A stretch of 64,000 nucleotides of DNA from Planctomycetota bacterium (GTDB taxonomy: Bacteria > Planctomycetota > MHYJ01 > WSZJ01): the NCBI GenBank assembly GCA_038060895.1, contig JBBTCT010000009.1:336082-400081 (forward strand). Reading direction: 5' to 3'. The position numbers and the translations under genes were made by a program. Within the stretch, counting starts at the first letter, position 1. Each line of letters begins with the position of its first letter. Of the stretch, positions 18,184 through 28,373 are shown piece by piece. The notes beneath the pieces are model-generated. The model did not search any database and was not told the origin of the DNA. It saw only the letters and a list, made by a program, of their open reading frames with translations.

Positions 18184-19215
18184 ATGTCCGAGACTGCCAA
18201 GCCCGACGCGAAGCGCACAGCCCTTCAGGCGGCGATATCCCAGATTGAGAAACAGTTCGGCCGCGGGGCGATCATGCGGCTTGGCGCGGAGCCGAAGCTG
18301 GTCGTGAACGGAATTTCGACGGGATCGCTGACGCTGGATCTCGCCCTGGGAGGCGGGGGGATACCCCGTGCGCGTGTGAGCGAGATCTTCGGTCCGGAGG
18401 CGAGCGGCAAGACGACCGTCTGCCTTCACCTCGCCGCGAACGCGCAGAAACATGGCGGGACCGCGGCGTTCATCGACGCGGAACACGCGCTCGACCCGGT
18501 GTATGCGAAGAAAATCGGGGTCGACGTCGGGTCGCTCCTTCTCTCGCAGCCCGACAACGGCGAGCAGGCCCTCGAGATCGCCGACCTGCTCGTGCGCTCC
18601 AACTCCGTGGATCTCATCGTCATCGATTCGGTCGCCGCGCTTGCTCCTCGCGTCGAGCTGGAAGGAGAGATGGGCGACCAGCACGTCGGCCTTCAGGCCA
18701 GGCTGATGAGCCAGGCGCTCCGGAAACTCACCGGCTCCCTCGGGAAGTCGAACACCGCCATCGTTTTTACCAACCAGATCCGGGAAAAAATCGGCGTCAT
18801 GTACGGGAATCCCGAGACGACCCCTGGCGGAAGAGCCCTCAAGTTCTACGCATCCGTTCGCATCGAGACCCGGCGCATTACCTCCATCAAGGACGGGGAG
18901 AACGTGATCGGAAACCGCAGCAAGGCGACGATCGTCAAAAACAAGCTGGCTCCGCCGTTCCGGAAAGCGGAGTTCGATATCATTTTCGGGAAGGGAATAT
19001 CGCGGGAAGGCGATGTGCTCGAACTCGGCGAGATGCACAAAGTCCTCACGAAGAGCGGGACCTGGTTCAACTTCGGAGAGACGCGGCTGGGGCAGGGAAG
19101 AGACAAGGCGAGGGAATTTCTCGAGCAGAACGCGGACGTGATGAAGCAGATCGAAGAAGCGATCAAGAAGGCGGTTCTGGCGCCGGCGCCGGCGACCGCA
19201 AAGGACGAGGGGTAA
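18184..19215 (+). CDS. recA: Recombinase A
   Basis: [41 protein letters not shown]. Confidence 0.98.
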   Translation: MSETAKPDAKRTALQAAISQIEKQFGRGAIMRLGAEPKLVVNGISTGSLTLDLALGGGGIPRARVSEIFGPEASGKTTVCLHLAANAQKHGGTAAFIDAEHALDPVYAKKIGVDVGSLLLSQPDNGEQALEIADLLVRSNSVDLIVIDSVAALAPRVELEGEMGDQHVGLQARLMSQALRKLTGSLGKSNTAIVFTNQIREKIGVMYGNPETTPGGRALKFYASVRIETRRITSIKDGENVIGNRSKATIVKNKLAPPFRKAEFDIIFGKGISREGDVLELGEMHKVLTKSGTWFNFGETRLGQGRDKAREFLEQNADVMKQIEEAIKKAVLAPAPATAKDEG

Positions 19216-19375
19216 GGGCTGGCGCCGGATTGGAAGGCGACGCTTCAAAGCCGGCAGCCGTGCTGTTTCCCGCCTGCCCGCCGACCTGAATTTCGAACCT
19301 GATCGCCGCCCGGTTGTTATTCTCTTCGCCCCGAAGGTGACGCCGTACTCCCCCTTCTATAATCGAGCTGCTGAA

Positions 19376-22009
19376 ATGAAGGCCTCCGAAGTCCGGTCGC
19401 GGTACCTGAAATTCTTCGAGAAGAAGGGCCACACCGTCGAGAAGTCCGACTCGCTGGTGCCGGAGAACGACCCTACGGTGCTCTTCACGGGCGCCGGGAT
19501 GAACCAGTTCAAGGACATGTTTCTGGGCAAGGGGAACAAGCCGTACAAACGGGCGACGACGTCTCAGAAGTGCCTCCGGACGGGCGACCTCGAGAACGTG
19601 GGCAAAACCCCGAGCCACCAGACGTTTTTCGAGATGCTCGGCAACTTTTCCTTTGGCGACTACTTCAAGGCGGATGCGATTCCGTGGGCGTGGGAATTCG
19701 TGACGAAGGAGCTGGGCATCGACCCGGCTCGCCTGACGGTGACCGTGTACGAGGACGACCAGGAGGCGTACGACCTGTGGGCGAGAATCATCCCGAAGGC
19801 GAAGCTGTTCCGGGGTGATGCGAAGGACAACTTCTGGCCTGCGAACGCGCCGAAAGACGGCCCGAACGGGCCTTGTGGACCGTGCAGCGAGATTTATTAC
19901 GACCGGGGAGCGAAGTACGGGTGCTCGCCCGACGATTGCGGGCCGCTCTGCACGAAGTGCAAGCGTCACATTGAGATCTGGAATCTCGTTTTCACGCAGT
20001 TTGACCGGCAGGACGGGGGAGTCCTTGCCCCGCTTCGAAATAAAAACATCGACACGGGCATGGGCCTCGAACGGACCGTCGCGACACTTCAGGGAGTCCC
20101 GACGAATTTCGACACCGACCTGTTCGCGCCGATCCTCCGGCGGATCGAGGAAATCACCGGAAAGGTTTATTCCCAGGAGGGCGACGACACCTCCCGCTTC
20201 CGCAGAATCGCGGACCATGCGAGGGCGATGACGTTTGTGATCTGTGACGGCATCGCGCCGGGAAACGAAGGCCGGGAGTACGTCCTGCGCCGCATTATCC
20301 GCCGCGCTTCCGACGACGGCCAGCGCATGGGGATGCGCGAAGCGTGGCTCTTCCGCCTCGTCCCTGCAGTCGGCGAGTCGATGGGGGAGGCGTACCCGGA
20401 AATCGTCGCGCGGCGCGAGAACATCGCGAGGATCGTGAAGGCGGAGGAAGAGCAGTACGCGGCCACACTGGAGGCGGCGACGGGGATCATCGACCGCGAG
20501 ATCTCCAGTCTCCGGGAGTCGAAATCGCTGAAATTCTCCGGCGAAGTCGCCTTCGACCTGCACCAGACGCACGGCCTCCCGATCGACCAACTCACCGAAA
20601 TCCTCAAGGAAAAGAAGATCGCGGTGGACCGCAAGCGGTACGACGCGCTGATGGAGGAGCACCGCAAGAAGAGCCACGCGACGGCCGGCGGGGACGTCTT
20701 CGCGGTCGGGCCGCTTGGAAAGATCAAGCCGACAGTCGCGCCGACGAAATTCGGGGGATACGACCTCCTCCAGGCGACTGCGGTGGTCAAGGCGATCATC
20801 GTCGGCAACGAGGTCGTCGACGGCGCCGGCCCGGAGACCGTTGTTCGCGTCGTCCTGGACCAGTCGCCCTTCTACGCGGAGAGCGGCGGGCAGGTTGGCG
20901 ACATGGGACTGCTGAAGGGCGACGGGGTCGAGGTGCGGATCGACGAGACGAGAAAGATGGAGGGCTACTGGCTGCACGGCGGCAAAGTCCTGCGGGGGAC
21001 GCTGCGCCCCGGATTGCAGGTCGAGGCCCAGGTGGACATGGACCGCAGGTGGGCGATTCAGCGCAACCACACCGGCACCCACATTCTCCATAACGCGCTC
21101 CGAACGATCCTCGGCAGGCACGTCGAGCAGGCGGGCTCGCTCGTGGCGCACGACCGGCTGCGATTCGACTTCAGCCATTTTCAGGCGCTCACCCGCGACG
21201 AGATTCGCCGGATCGAGAACTACGTGAACGAACGGATCATGGAAAACGCGCCGGTGACCTGGCGCGAGATGCCGATGGCGGAAGCGCGGAAGCTGGGCGC
21301 GCTCATGTTTTTCGCTGACAAATACGGCGACGTCGTTCGGGTCGTGTCGGTCGGCGACTGGTCGCGGGAACTCTGCGGCGGGACGCACGTCCCGGCGGCG
21401 GGAACGATCGGGTATTTCCACGTGGTGAGCGAGGGCTCGGTAGCGGGCGGCACGCGCCGGATTGAAGCGGTGACCGGGATGGGCGCGGTGGCGCACGCGC
21501 TTCAGGTCGAGGATCGCGTCAACGCCGCTGCGGCGATGCTCAATACTCCGGCGGCGAAGCTGCCGAACCGGATCCAGGAGGTTCTCGACGAACTGCAGCA
21601 GCTCAGGCGGGAGCAGGAAAAGTCCCGTCGTGCGGCGGCGGCGGACGAAGCGGGCGGGCTTCAGTCGAAGGGATTTGCCGTGGGGACGGAGAAGGCCGTG
21701 GTCGAGCTCCTCCAGGACAAGTCCGCAGACGATTTGCGGTCGATGATCGACAAGCTCGTCAAGGAGGAGAAGATCGCCGTCGCGGCGCTGGGAAGCGTCT
21801 TCGACGGCAAGCCGGTGCTCGTCATCGGCGTCCGGCAGGACTTGACGTCGAAACTCGACGCGGGCGCCATTGCGAAGGAAGCCGGTAAGGCGATGGGGGC
21901 CGGCGGCGGCGGGAAAAAGGATCTGGCGACCTGCGGCGGGAAGGACCCGGCGAAGGTGCCGGCGGGCCTGGAGGCTGCGAAAGCCGCGATCCGGAAGTCC
22001 ATGGCGTAG
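19376..22009 (+). CDS. alaS: Alanine--tRNA ligase
   Basis: FTGAGMNQFK, HQTFFEMLGNFSFGDYFK, IDTGMGLER, HTGTHILH, ELCGGTH, GGGGKK. TATAAT at 19358-19363. Confidence 0.98.
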   Translation: MKASEVRSRYLKFFEKKGHTVEKSDSLVPENDPTVLFTGAGMNQFKDMFLGKGNKPYKRATTSQKCLRTGDLENVGKTPSHQTFFEMLGNFSFGDYFKADAIPWAWEFVTKELGIDPARLTVTVYEDDQEAYDLWARIIPKAKLFRGDAKDNFWPANAPKDGPNGPCGPCSEIYYDRGAKYGCSPDDCGPLCTKCKRHIEIWNLVFTQFDRQDGGVLAPLRNKNIDTGMGLERTVATLQGVPTNFDTDLFAPILRRIEEITGKVYSQEGDDTSRFRRIADHARAMTFVICDGIAPGNEGREYVLRRIIRRASDDGQRMGMREAWLFRLVPAVGESMGEAYPEIVARRENIARIVKAEEEQYAATLEAATGIIDREISSLRESKSLKFSGEVAFDLHQTHGLPIDQLTEILKEKKIAVDRKRYDALMEEHRKKSHATAGGDVFAVGPLGKIKPTVAPTKFGGYDLLQATAVVKAIIVGNEVVDGAGPETVVRVVLDQSPFYAESGGQVGDMGLLKGDGVEVRIDETRKMEGYWLHGGKVLRGTLRPGLQVEAQVDMDRRWAIQRNHTGTHILHNALRTILGRHVEQAGSLVAHDRLRFDFSHFQALTRDEIRRIENYVNERIMENAPVTWREMPMAEARKLGALMFFADKYGDVVRVVSVGDWSRELCGGTHVPAAGTIGYFHVVSEGSVAGGTRRIEAVTGMGAVAHALQVEDRVNAAAAMLNTPAAKLPNRIQEVLDELQQLRREQEKSRRAAAADEAGGLQSKGFAVGTEKAVVELLQDKSADDLRSMIDKLVKEEKIAVAALGSVFDGKPVLVIGVRQDLTSKLDAGAIAKEAGKAMGAGGGGKKDLATCGGKDPAKVPAGLEAAKAAIRKSMA

Positions 22010-22076
22010 AACCGCGTTCGTCCGGACCTTGGACGCAGCCGGATCCGGCGATAGGATAGCCGGCTGATCCGCATCT

Positions 22077-25000
22077 ATGAACCGCGCCACCCTCGACTCC
22101 TTCGAAGCACTCTTCCTCTCCGTCGGCCAGCGCCTCGGGCATTTCTCGGCGCGCGAGGCAGGCGATGCGAGCGAGGCCGCCGAACGCCTTTCCCGGTCCG
22201 GGCACCCCGTTCCGATCGAGGCCCTCGTCGCGTCTCTCGGGATGGCTGATGAGGCTGCGGTTGAAGCGATCGCGGCCGCGATCGGGGAGGCCGAATTCCA
22301 GTGCGCGTCGTGCGCTGCGACGCTTTCCGGCAAGGACCTTTCGAAAAAACGCGTGGTGAAGTGTCCGCGATGCGGCGAGGCCGGAGTGGAACGCGCCGGG
22401 CGCGGCGTCACGAAGGCGCCGTCGGTCCGGATCTCCGCACGGCCGGGACCGCAGGCCGCGGCTGCCGCCGCTTCGAAAGAAGCATTGCTGAACGGCAGGG
22501 CATTCGAGGATCTGAGGCGCATCAAGATCCCGGTTGAAGCGGAGGCGAAGGCCGAGGCGGGAGACCCGCTTCTTGGAAAGGTCTTCGGGCGCTACCGGGT
22601 CAAGGAACTCCTCGGGATCGGCGGCTGGGGCAACGTCTATCTCGCCGAGTCCGAGGGACGCGAGTTCGCGATCAAGGTCCTTCGCCTCGAGCTCGGGAAA
22701 TCCGCCGATCACCTCGATCGCTTCATGACCGAAGCCCGGATCACCGCCTCCCTCGAACACGCGGTGATCCGGCGCACCGTCGATATCGGCAAGCACCACG
22801 GGTACCACTACATGGCGATGGAGTACGTGGACGGCGCGAGCCTTCACGCGATCGTCACGGCCAACGGTCCGCTGCCCGCGGCGCTCGCGGCCCAGGTCGC
22901 CGTCCGCATCGCCGAGGCCCTGCAGTTCGCGGCGCGGCGAGGCGTCGTGCACCGCGACATCAAGCCGCGCAACGTGCTCATCTCGCGTTCCGGGGAAGTC
23001 AAGCTCACGGACTTCGGTCTCGCCAAGATGATGCTCGACGGGTCGAGCATGACCGGCACGGGCGCCGTGCTCGGCACACCGGAATTCATGAGTCCCGAGC
23101 AGTTCGACGGCGCCCGCGCCGACCAGCGATCCGACATCTACTCCCTCGGCTGCACCCTGTTCTTCACGCTCACGGGCCACGCGCCTTTCGAGGGGCCCGA
23201 CTTCTCCACGCTCATGCGGCGCCACAAGTCGGGCCTCCCGCCTTCGCCACTTCGATTCAATCCTGAAGTCCCGAGTTCGATTTGTTCCGTCCTGTCTCGC
23301 ATGCTCGAGAAGAGCCCGTCGCGCCGATTCCAGGACTACGACGGAATCCTGGAAGAACTGTCTGACCCGGGGGAAAAGGGATCGACTCCCGCAAAAATGG
23401 GCCGGAAGGAGGCGCAAGGACTGGAAGAAGCGTGGATGGACGAGGAGCGGGTGAAGCGGTGCGCGGAAGTGCAGGCGGTCTTCTCGGCGGAAGGAATGGC
23501 GCCGCCGCCGCGCTGGCACGTACTTCAGGGGCTGGGTTACGCCAGCGGGGACGAGAAGGAGAAGGACGACGGATTTTTCGCGCAGCCGATCGTGTTGAGG
23601 TGCGACGGGTGCGGACGCTCGTTCAAATTCAAGGCGCCGCTGAGGGGCGAGCTGGCGTGCCCCTCCTGCCGCGGGGTCGCGATGAGTCACGCCCACTTCG
23701 CCGTGGACCGGCACGCCTGTTTCCTCGTCCTCAGGATCGGGGACAAGGGGTCGGCTTCGGCGGCGGGAAGAGACGACCTGGTGCGCCTGGCGGGCATCGC
23801 TTGCCAGTCGGGGGCGCACAACGTCGTGCTCGACCTGAGCGCGTGCGCTGCGTTCCCTTCCGAATTGATCGGGCCGCTGCTGCGCCTGCGGGAGACGCTG
23901 ACTGCTGACCGCGTGGCGCCCGTGCTGCTGGCGTCGCCGAAGGGAGTCAAAGCGATCAAGGCTCGCGGGCTGCACGAGTTCTTCCTGTCGTTCTCCTCGG
24001 AAAAAGAGGTCGTCGAACACATCGACGCGGCTAGCCTGTGCCCCCATGTCCGGTTTTTCCTCTGCGCCGTGCGCGGGCAGCTCGCGGACCCGGAGGAGAA
24101 GATCACCGAGAATCTCGGTCGCAGCGTTCACTCCTGCATAGACCGCGCGGCCTTCGACGAGTTCTACCCCGTCGTTCGCGACGCTCTTCGCAAGAGCGAT
24201 GCCCGACAGGCCCGTGCCGCGTGCGCGACTCTCGGCCGCAGGCTGGCGAAAGTGCCGTGCCTGCAGGCCGCCGCGAAGAAGGTCCGCGACCTCGCAGAAG
24301 ACGCGATCCGGCTCTCGCTCGAGCATTCCGCCCAGGGACACCTCGCCCGCGGGCGCACAGACCGGGCCAGAGTGGCCGCAAAGGAAGCGCTTGCCGCATT
24401 CCCCGATTCCCCGGTCGCCGCCGACGTCCTCGCGCAGATCGCTCTTCAGGAGGGCCGGCCTTCCGAGGCTGCAGGGCACTTCGAGGCCGCCGCCCGCGGA
24501 GCACCGTCACCGGTCGAATACCGGCTCAGCGAAGCCGCCGCTCTGCAGCGCGCCGGAGACACGGCGGGCGCACTCAAGTGCCTCGACGACATTCTCGCGG
24601 ATGACCCTTCACATTTCCGCGCCGCACATTTCAAGGGGACCCTTCACTTTTCGCGGGGCGAGTACGAAGCGGCCCTGGAGTCGTTCGACCGGGCGCTGGA
24701 AATCCAGCCGCAGAGCGCCGACGTGCACCTGTGGCGGGGAAAGGCCAACCATCGCCTGGACAATCTGCAGGACAGCCTGCGGGATTTTGTGCGGGCCAAC
24801 AGGATCGAGCCGCGGCGCCCGCGAACGCTCGCGAATTGCGGCGCCATCTGTGCGCGGCTCGGCCGTCACAAAGAAGCGATTGCATTTCTGCGCAGCGCGA
24901 TTCACCTGAACCCTTCGCTTTCCGGTCCCCGGTACAGCCTCGCCTGCTCACTTTCCGCGACAGGCGATTTCGAGAACTCGCTCGCGGCGCTTCGGGAGGC

Positions 25001-25142
25001 GGTCGCTGCGGGGTGGAACAATCGCGAACTCGCTTCACGGGACCTCTTGCTCAAGCCATTGCGGGAGCATGCGACGCTCGGCGGCGAATTCCTGTCGGTG
25101 CTCGCGAACATGCCGTCGCAGGGCGAGACCGAAGATTACTGA
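22077..25142 (+). CDS. Cytoplasmic Ser/Thr protein kinase with two Zn-ribbon modules, STAS-like domain and TPRs
   Basis: GIGGWGNVY, AIKVL, HRDIKPRN, DFG, GTPEFMSPE. CxxC pairs before and after the kinase domain, VVLDLSACAAFPS, TPR helices. No TM segment seen. Confidence 0.85.
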   Translation: MNRATLDSFEALFLSVGQRLGHFSAREAGDASEAAERLSRSGHPVPIEALVASLGMADEAAVEAIAAAIGEAEFQCASCAATLSGKDLSKKRVVKCPRCGEAGVERAGRGVTKAPSVRISARPGPQAAAAAASKEALLNGRAFEDLRRIKIPVEAEAKAEAGDPLLGKVFGRYRVKELLGIGGWGNVYLAESEGREFAIKVLRLELGKSADHLDRFMTEARITASLEHAVIRRTVDIGKHHGYHYMAMEYVDGASLHAIVTANGPLPAALAAQVAVRIAEALQFAARRGVVHRDIKPRNVLISRSGEVKLTDFGLAKMMLDGSSMTGTGAVLGTPEFMSPEQFDGARADQRSDIYSLGCTLFFTLTGHAPFEGPDFSTLMRRHKSGLPPSPLRFNPEVPSSICSVLSRMLEKSPSRRFQDYDGILEELSDPGEKGSTPAKMGRKEAQGLEEAWMDEERVKRCAEVQAVFSAEGMAPPPRWHVLQGLGYASGDEKEKDDGFFAQPIVLRCDGCGRSFKFKAPLRGELACPSCRGVAMSHAHFAVDRHACFLVLRIGDKGSASAAGRDDLVRLAGIACQSGAHNVVLDLSACAAFPSELIGPLLRLRETLTADRVAPVLLASPKGVKAIKARGLHEFFLSFSSEKEVVEHIDAASLCPHVRFFLCAVRGQLADPEEKITENLGRSVHSCIDRAAFDEFYPVVRDALRKSDARQARAACATLGRRLAKVPCLQAAAKKVRDLAEDAIRLSLEHSAQGHLARGRTDRARVAAKEALAAFPDSPVAADVLAQIALQEGRPSEAAGHFEAAARGAPSPVEYRLSEAAALQRAGDTAGALKCLDDILADDPSHFRAAHFKGTLHFSRGEYEAALESFDRALEIQPQSADVHLWRGKANHRLDNLQDSLRDFVRANRIEPRRPRTLANCGAICARLGRHKEAIAFLRSAIHLNPSLSGPRYSLACSLSATGDFENSLAALREAVAAGWNNRELASRDLLLKPLREHATLGGEFLSVLANMPSQGETEDY

Positions 25143-25221
25143 CGATCGGCTCAAGCCGGATCGGGAAACGGCCGAAATGGACTGTCGAAGGCCGTGAGTT
25201 TCCTCCGTGAAGGCCGCCCGC

Positions 25222-27117
25222 ATGAAAATCTTCGCGCTGTTCGCCGCGTTCTGCGCCATGGCCTCCAGTGTTTTCGCGCAGGGGCACCCCGAGTGGGACG
25301 CGCGCGCGCTGGTCCACCTTCTGGCCGACGAGGACTCACGGATTCGCGACGCCGCAGAAGAGGAACTGTCGAAGCGGGGGCGGTCGGTTGAAGCGCTGGT
25401 TGAAGAGGCCCTCGGAAGGCAGGCCCTGGACGCGGAAGCCAAGGCGCGGCTGTCGCTGCTTCAGGGGCGCCTGAAGCGAATTCGACTGGGGAAGACTCGC
25501 CTGGATCGCGAGGCCGAAATTGCGATTCCGGGCGGCGAAGCGGCACTTCTGGCGTTCGGCTGCGACGGCAAGAGGTTGGCGGGTGTGAGCGCGTCGGGGC
25601 GAGTTGCAGTGTGGGCGTCGTCGGGGGAGTTGCTGACGGCCTTCGACGTGCCGGTGAGCCCGGAGGCCCTTGCTCTGGGTCGCTCCGGAAACAGGATTGC
25701 CGTCGCTGGTGGATCACTTGTCGCGTTGGCTGACATTTCCGATCTCGCTCATCCTGTCGTGACGACCGTGGAAGTCGATTCGCAGGTCCGCGACGAGGAT
25801 GCGCTCGCGATCATCGCCCTGGGAAATGACGGACTGACCTTTGTCCCCAGGCCTGCCGGGTGGTTCATCTATTTCCTGGCCTCTCCTTCCGGAAACCGCG
25901 CGGCCTGGGGCTCGCGGGAGGGGATGTTCGCCGCGGATCTCGGGCATCCGGAGGGTTCACCTTCACCGGAGCGCCCACCGGGCTGGGGGCTGCTGGGGCT
26001 GAGCGACTCAGGCGAATTCGCCTGCGCCGCGGGTCGGTCGCTTTGGATTCGTGGCCGCCTTGTTACCGAGTGTTCGCGGGAATCGGCGGCTTCTCCAGGC
26101 GCAGATGCCGTCGCTTCCACCACGATCCTGGGAAGAATCGAAGTGTGGACCGCAGACGGTCAGCCGGCGTGGTCGAGGATGCTCCCGGGGCCTGCGAGTC
26201 GCCTGGCCCTCGCACCGGGCGGGGCGACGGCCGTCGTTTCCGTGGTGAACCGGGGAGTTTTCCTGCTGACGGCGACCGATCAGATCCCGCTTTCCGGTCT
26301 CGCGGCGCCTTGCGACAGCCTCTTCTTCACAGGCGACTCGCGATTCCTCGTTGCTTCGGGCCGCGCGACCGTTGTGCTCGATACCGCGACCGGAAACGTA
26401 CGCGAACTTCCATTGAGATCGTCCTCATCAGCGGCATGGGGACGAGGGGACGAATTCGTTGCGTGCACCCGGCAAGGTCTTCGAAAGTGGTCCTCGTTGC
26501 GGAGCACCGACGAAGGTCCCGTGACTCTGGGCGAGACTGGGCCGTGGATCGAAGTCCAGCCCTCCCCGGCCGGTAACGCAGTGGCGTTTGTCCGCGATGA
26601 TCTCACCGCCGGACTTGCCACGGAAGATGGGAGCGTGCGGGAACTGGGAGGCGGGTTCGAGCCCGGAAGTCTCCGCTGGAGTCCGGACGGCGCTTCCATT
26701 CTCGCCGCGACCTACGAAGGCAGGCTCAGAATTACCCTGTTCGACGCCGTCGGCGCAAAGGTCTCTTCCGAGCCCTCCGAGTGGTCCTACACCCGGGCTC
26801 TGGCCTGGTCGCCGGACGGACGCAGGGTGGCGTGGGCGTCGAAGCGAGATGCGCGATTTGCCGAGTCGTGCGACCTGGCGGCGGGGGTGTCCCTCGGCGA
26901 AAACGTAGCCTGGCTCGGTTTCCTCGACGACGGAGTTCTTCTCTCGCTCGACGGCGATCGCCGCACGTTCCGGTTCCACCAGCTCCCGGATCCGGAGCCT
27001 GCAGGCGCACGCGTCCCGTGCGACGCGCCGATCCGGCGGGTGGCTCTCTCCCCGGATCGCCATCGCCTTGCCCTCTCGGACGACTCCCGCATTTTCCTCG
27101 TCCGGATCGAGCGTTGA
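25222..27117 (+). CDS. Exported WD40/beta-propeller protein with N-terminal HEAT-like hairpin
   Basis: Signal peptide MKIFALFAAFCAMASSVFA, then LLADEDSRIRDAAEEEL, then LRWSPDG, LAWSPDG and VALSPD repeats. Confidence 0.75.
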   Translation: MKIFALFAAFCAMASSVFAQGHPEWDARALVHLLADEDSRIRDAAEEELSKRGRSVEALVEEALGRQALDAEAKARLSLLQGRLKRIRLGKTRLDREAEIAIPGGEAALLAFGCDGKRLAGVSASGRVAVWASSGELLTAFDVPVSPEALALGRSGNRIAVAGGSLVALADISDLAHPVVTTVEVDSQVRDEDALAIIALGNDGLTFVPRPAGWFIYFLASPSGNRAAWGSREGMFAADLGHPEGSPSPERPPGWGLLGLSDSGEFACAAGRSLWIRGRLVTECSRESAASPGADAVASTTILGRIEVWTADGQPAWSRMLPGPASRLALAPGGATAVVSVVNRGVFLLTATDQIPLSGLAAPCDSLFFTGDSRFLVASGRATVVLDTATGNVRELPLRSSSSAAWGRGDEFVACTRQGLRKWSSLRSTDEGPVTLGETGPWIEVQPSPAGNAVAFVRDDLTAGLATEDGSVRELGGGFEPGSLRWSPDGASILAATYEGRLRITLFDAVGAKVSSEPSEWSYTRALAWSPDGRRVAWASKRDARFAESCDLAAGVSLGENVAWLGFLDDGVLLSLDGDRRTFRFHQLPDPEPAGARVPCDAPIRRVALSPDRHRLALSDDSRIFLVRIER

Positions 27118-27154
27118 GGGCCGATTCCGGCCCCCGTCAACCCCGGTCGGCTCC

Positions 27155-27183
27155 TTGACTTCCATCCACAGCCTCAATAGACT
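27155..27183 (+). promoter_or_regulatory. Promoter of the rpmF-plsX-fab operon
   Basis: TTGACT-N17-TAGACT. Confidence 0.65.
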
Positions 27184-27213
27184 GCGCCGCTCTTCTTCGA
27201 CTCAAAGGGACCC

Positions 27214-27393
27214 ATGCCCAACCCAAAACGCAAATTTTCCAGGTCGAGGACCCGCAAGAAGCGGACCCACGACCGGCACAAGCTGCCCAAGCTGACGCTC
27301 GCTGAATGCCCGCGCTGCCACCAGAAGCGGCGGCCGCACCGCGTGTGCGGCAATTGCGGGTTTTACGACGGCGAACCGGTCATCAAGCTGTAG
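27214..27393 (+). CDS. rpmF: 50S ribosomal protein L32 (absent from the ORF track, 59 aa)
   Basis: Translated by hand: MPNPKRKFSRSRTRKKRTH...CPRCHQKRRPHRVCGNCGFYDG. Directly upstream of plsX. Confidence 0.96.
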   Translation: MPNPKRKFSRSRTRKKRTHDRHKLPKLTLAECPRCHQKRRPHRVCGNCGFYDGEPVIKL

Positions 27394-27396
27394 CGC

Positions 27397-28368
27397 ATGA
27401 AGCTCGCCCTCGACGCAATGGGCGGCGATCACGCACCTGCGGAAGTGGTGCGCGGGGCGGTGGAGTATGCGCGGACGGCTCCTGAGGACGTCGTGCTGCT
27501 GGTCGGGATCGCGGACAAGGTGCAGCCGCTGCTGGCGGGCGCGCCGCCGAACGTGGTGTTCGTGCCCTGCACCCAGGTCATCGAAATGGGAGAGCACCCG
27601 GCGAAGTCGCTCAAGGAGAAGCGCGACAGCTCCATCGTCAAGTGCGTCGGGATGTGTACGGCGGGGAAGGCCGACGCGTTTATCGGCGCAGGAAACACGG
27701 GGGCGTGCGTCGGCGGCAGCCTCTTCCTGATGGGACATCTCCCCGGCGTTCTCAAGGCCGGGATCGCGACGCCTCTTCCGATGCGCGGCGGCGAATGCAC
27801 GGTCATCGACGCCGGGGCGAACATCGCGCCGAAGCCGCAGCACATGCTCCAGTACGCGCTGATGGGAGCCATCCACGCGAAGGTGAGGGGGATTTCGGAA
27901 CCACGGGTCGGGATTCTCAACATCGGCGAAGAGGACGACAAGGGGACGGAGTTGGTGCAGCAGGCGCGTGACCTGATCAAGAAGACCGATTTGCGTTATG
28001 TCGGCTTCCTGGAACCGACGGCGATTGCCGAGGGCGCCGCCGACGTGGTGGTCGCGGACGGGTTTGCCGGGAACATCCTGCTCAAGGCGTTCGAGGGGAT
28101 GGGCGAACTGCTGCTGCAGCACTACGAGAAGAGCGGGCTGACGGGCGAACTGTTCGAGAAGACGTCGAAGCGCGCCCGGGAGTTCGCGGACTTTGCTTCG
28201 TACGGGGGAGCACCCCTGCTCGGCACGAAGGGTGTGACGATTATTGCGCACGGCCGTTCGAAGGCCACGGCGATTTCCAACGCACTTCGCCGCGGGTCCG
28301 CCTGCGCGCGCGAGAAAATCGTCGAGAAGATCGCTGCAGAGATCCTGAAGTACCCGATGAGCGCCTGA
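27397..28368 (+). CDS. plsX: Phosphate acyltransferase
   Basis: LALDAMGGDHAP, GAGNTGA, DAGAN, LNIGEE, ADGFAGNILLK, YGGAPLLG, HGRS. Confidence 0.96.
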   Translation: MKLALDAMGGDHAPAEVVRGAVEYARTAPEDVVLLVGIADKVQPLLAGAPPNVVFVPCTQVIEMGEHPAKSLKEKRDSSIVKCVGMCTAGKADAFIGAGNTGACVGGSLFLMGHLPGVLKAGIATPLPMRGGECTVIDAGANIAPKPQHMLQYALMGAIHAKVRGISEPRVGILNIGEEDDKGTELVQQARDLIKKTDLRYVGFLEPTAIAEGAADVVVADGFAGNILLKAFEGMGELLLQHYEKSGLTGELFEKTSKRAREFADFASYGGAPLLGTKGVTIIAHGRSKATAISNALRRGSACAREKIVEKIAAEILKYPMSA

Positions 28369-28373
28369 AACCC

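Noticed and set aside
19163-22525. 1120-aa ORF antisense to alaS (and similar long antisense ORFs such as 21822..24479 and 14831..16624)
   Set aside because: Shadow ORFs expected from high-GC codon bias, with no recognisable motifs, lying opposite well-supported genes.
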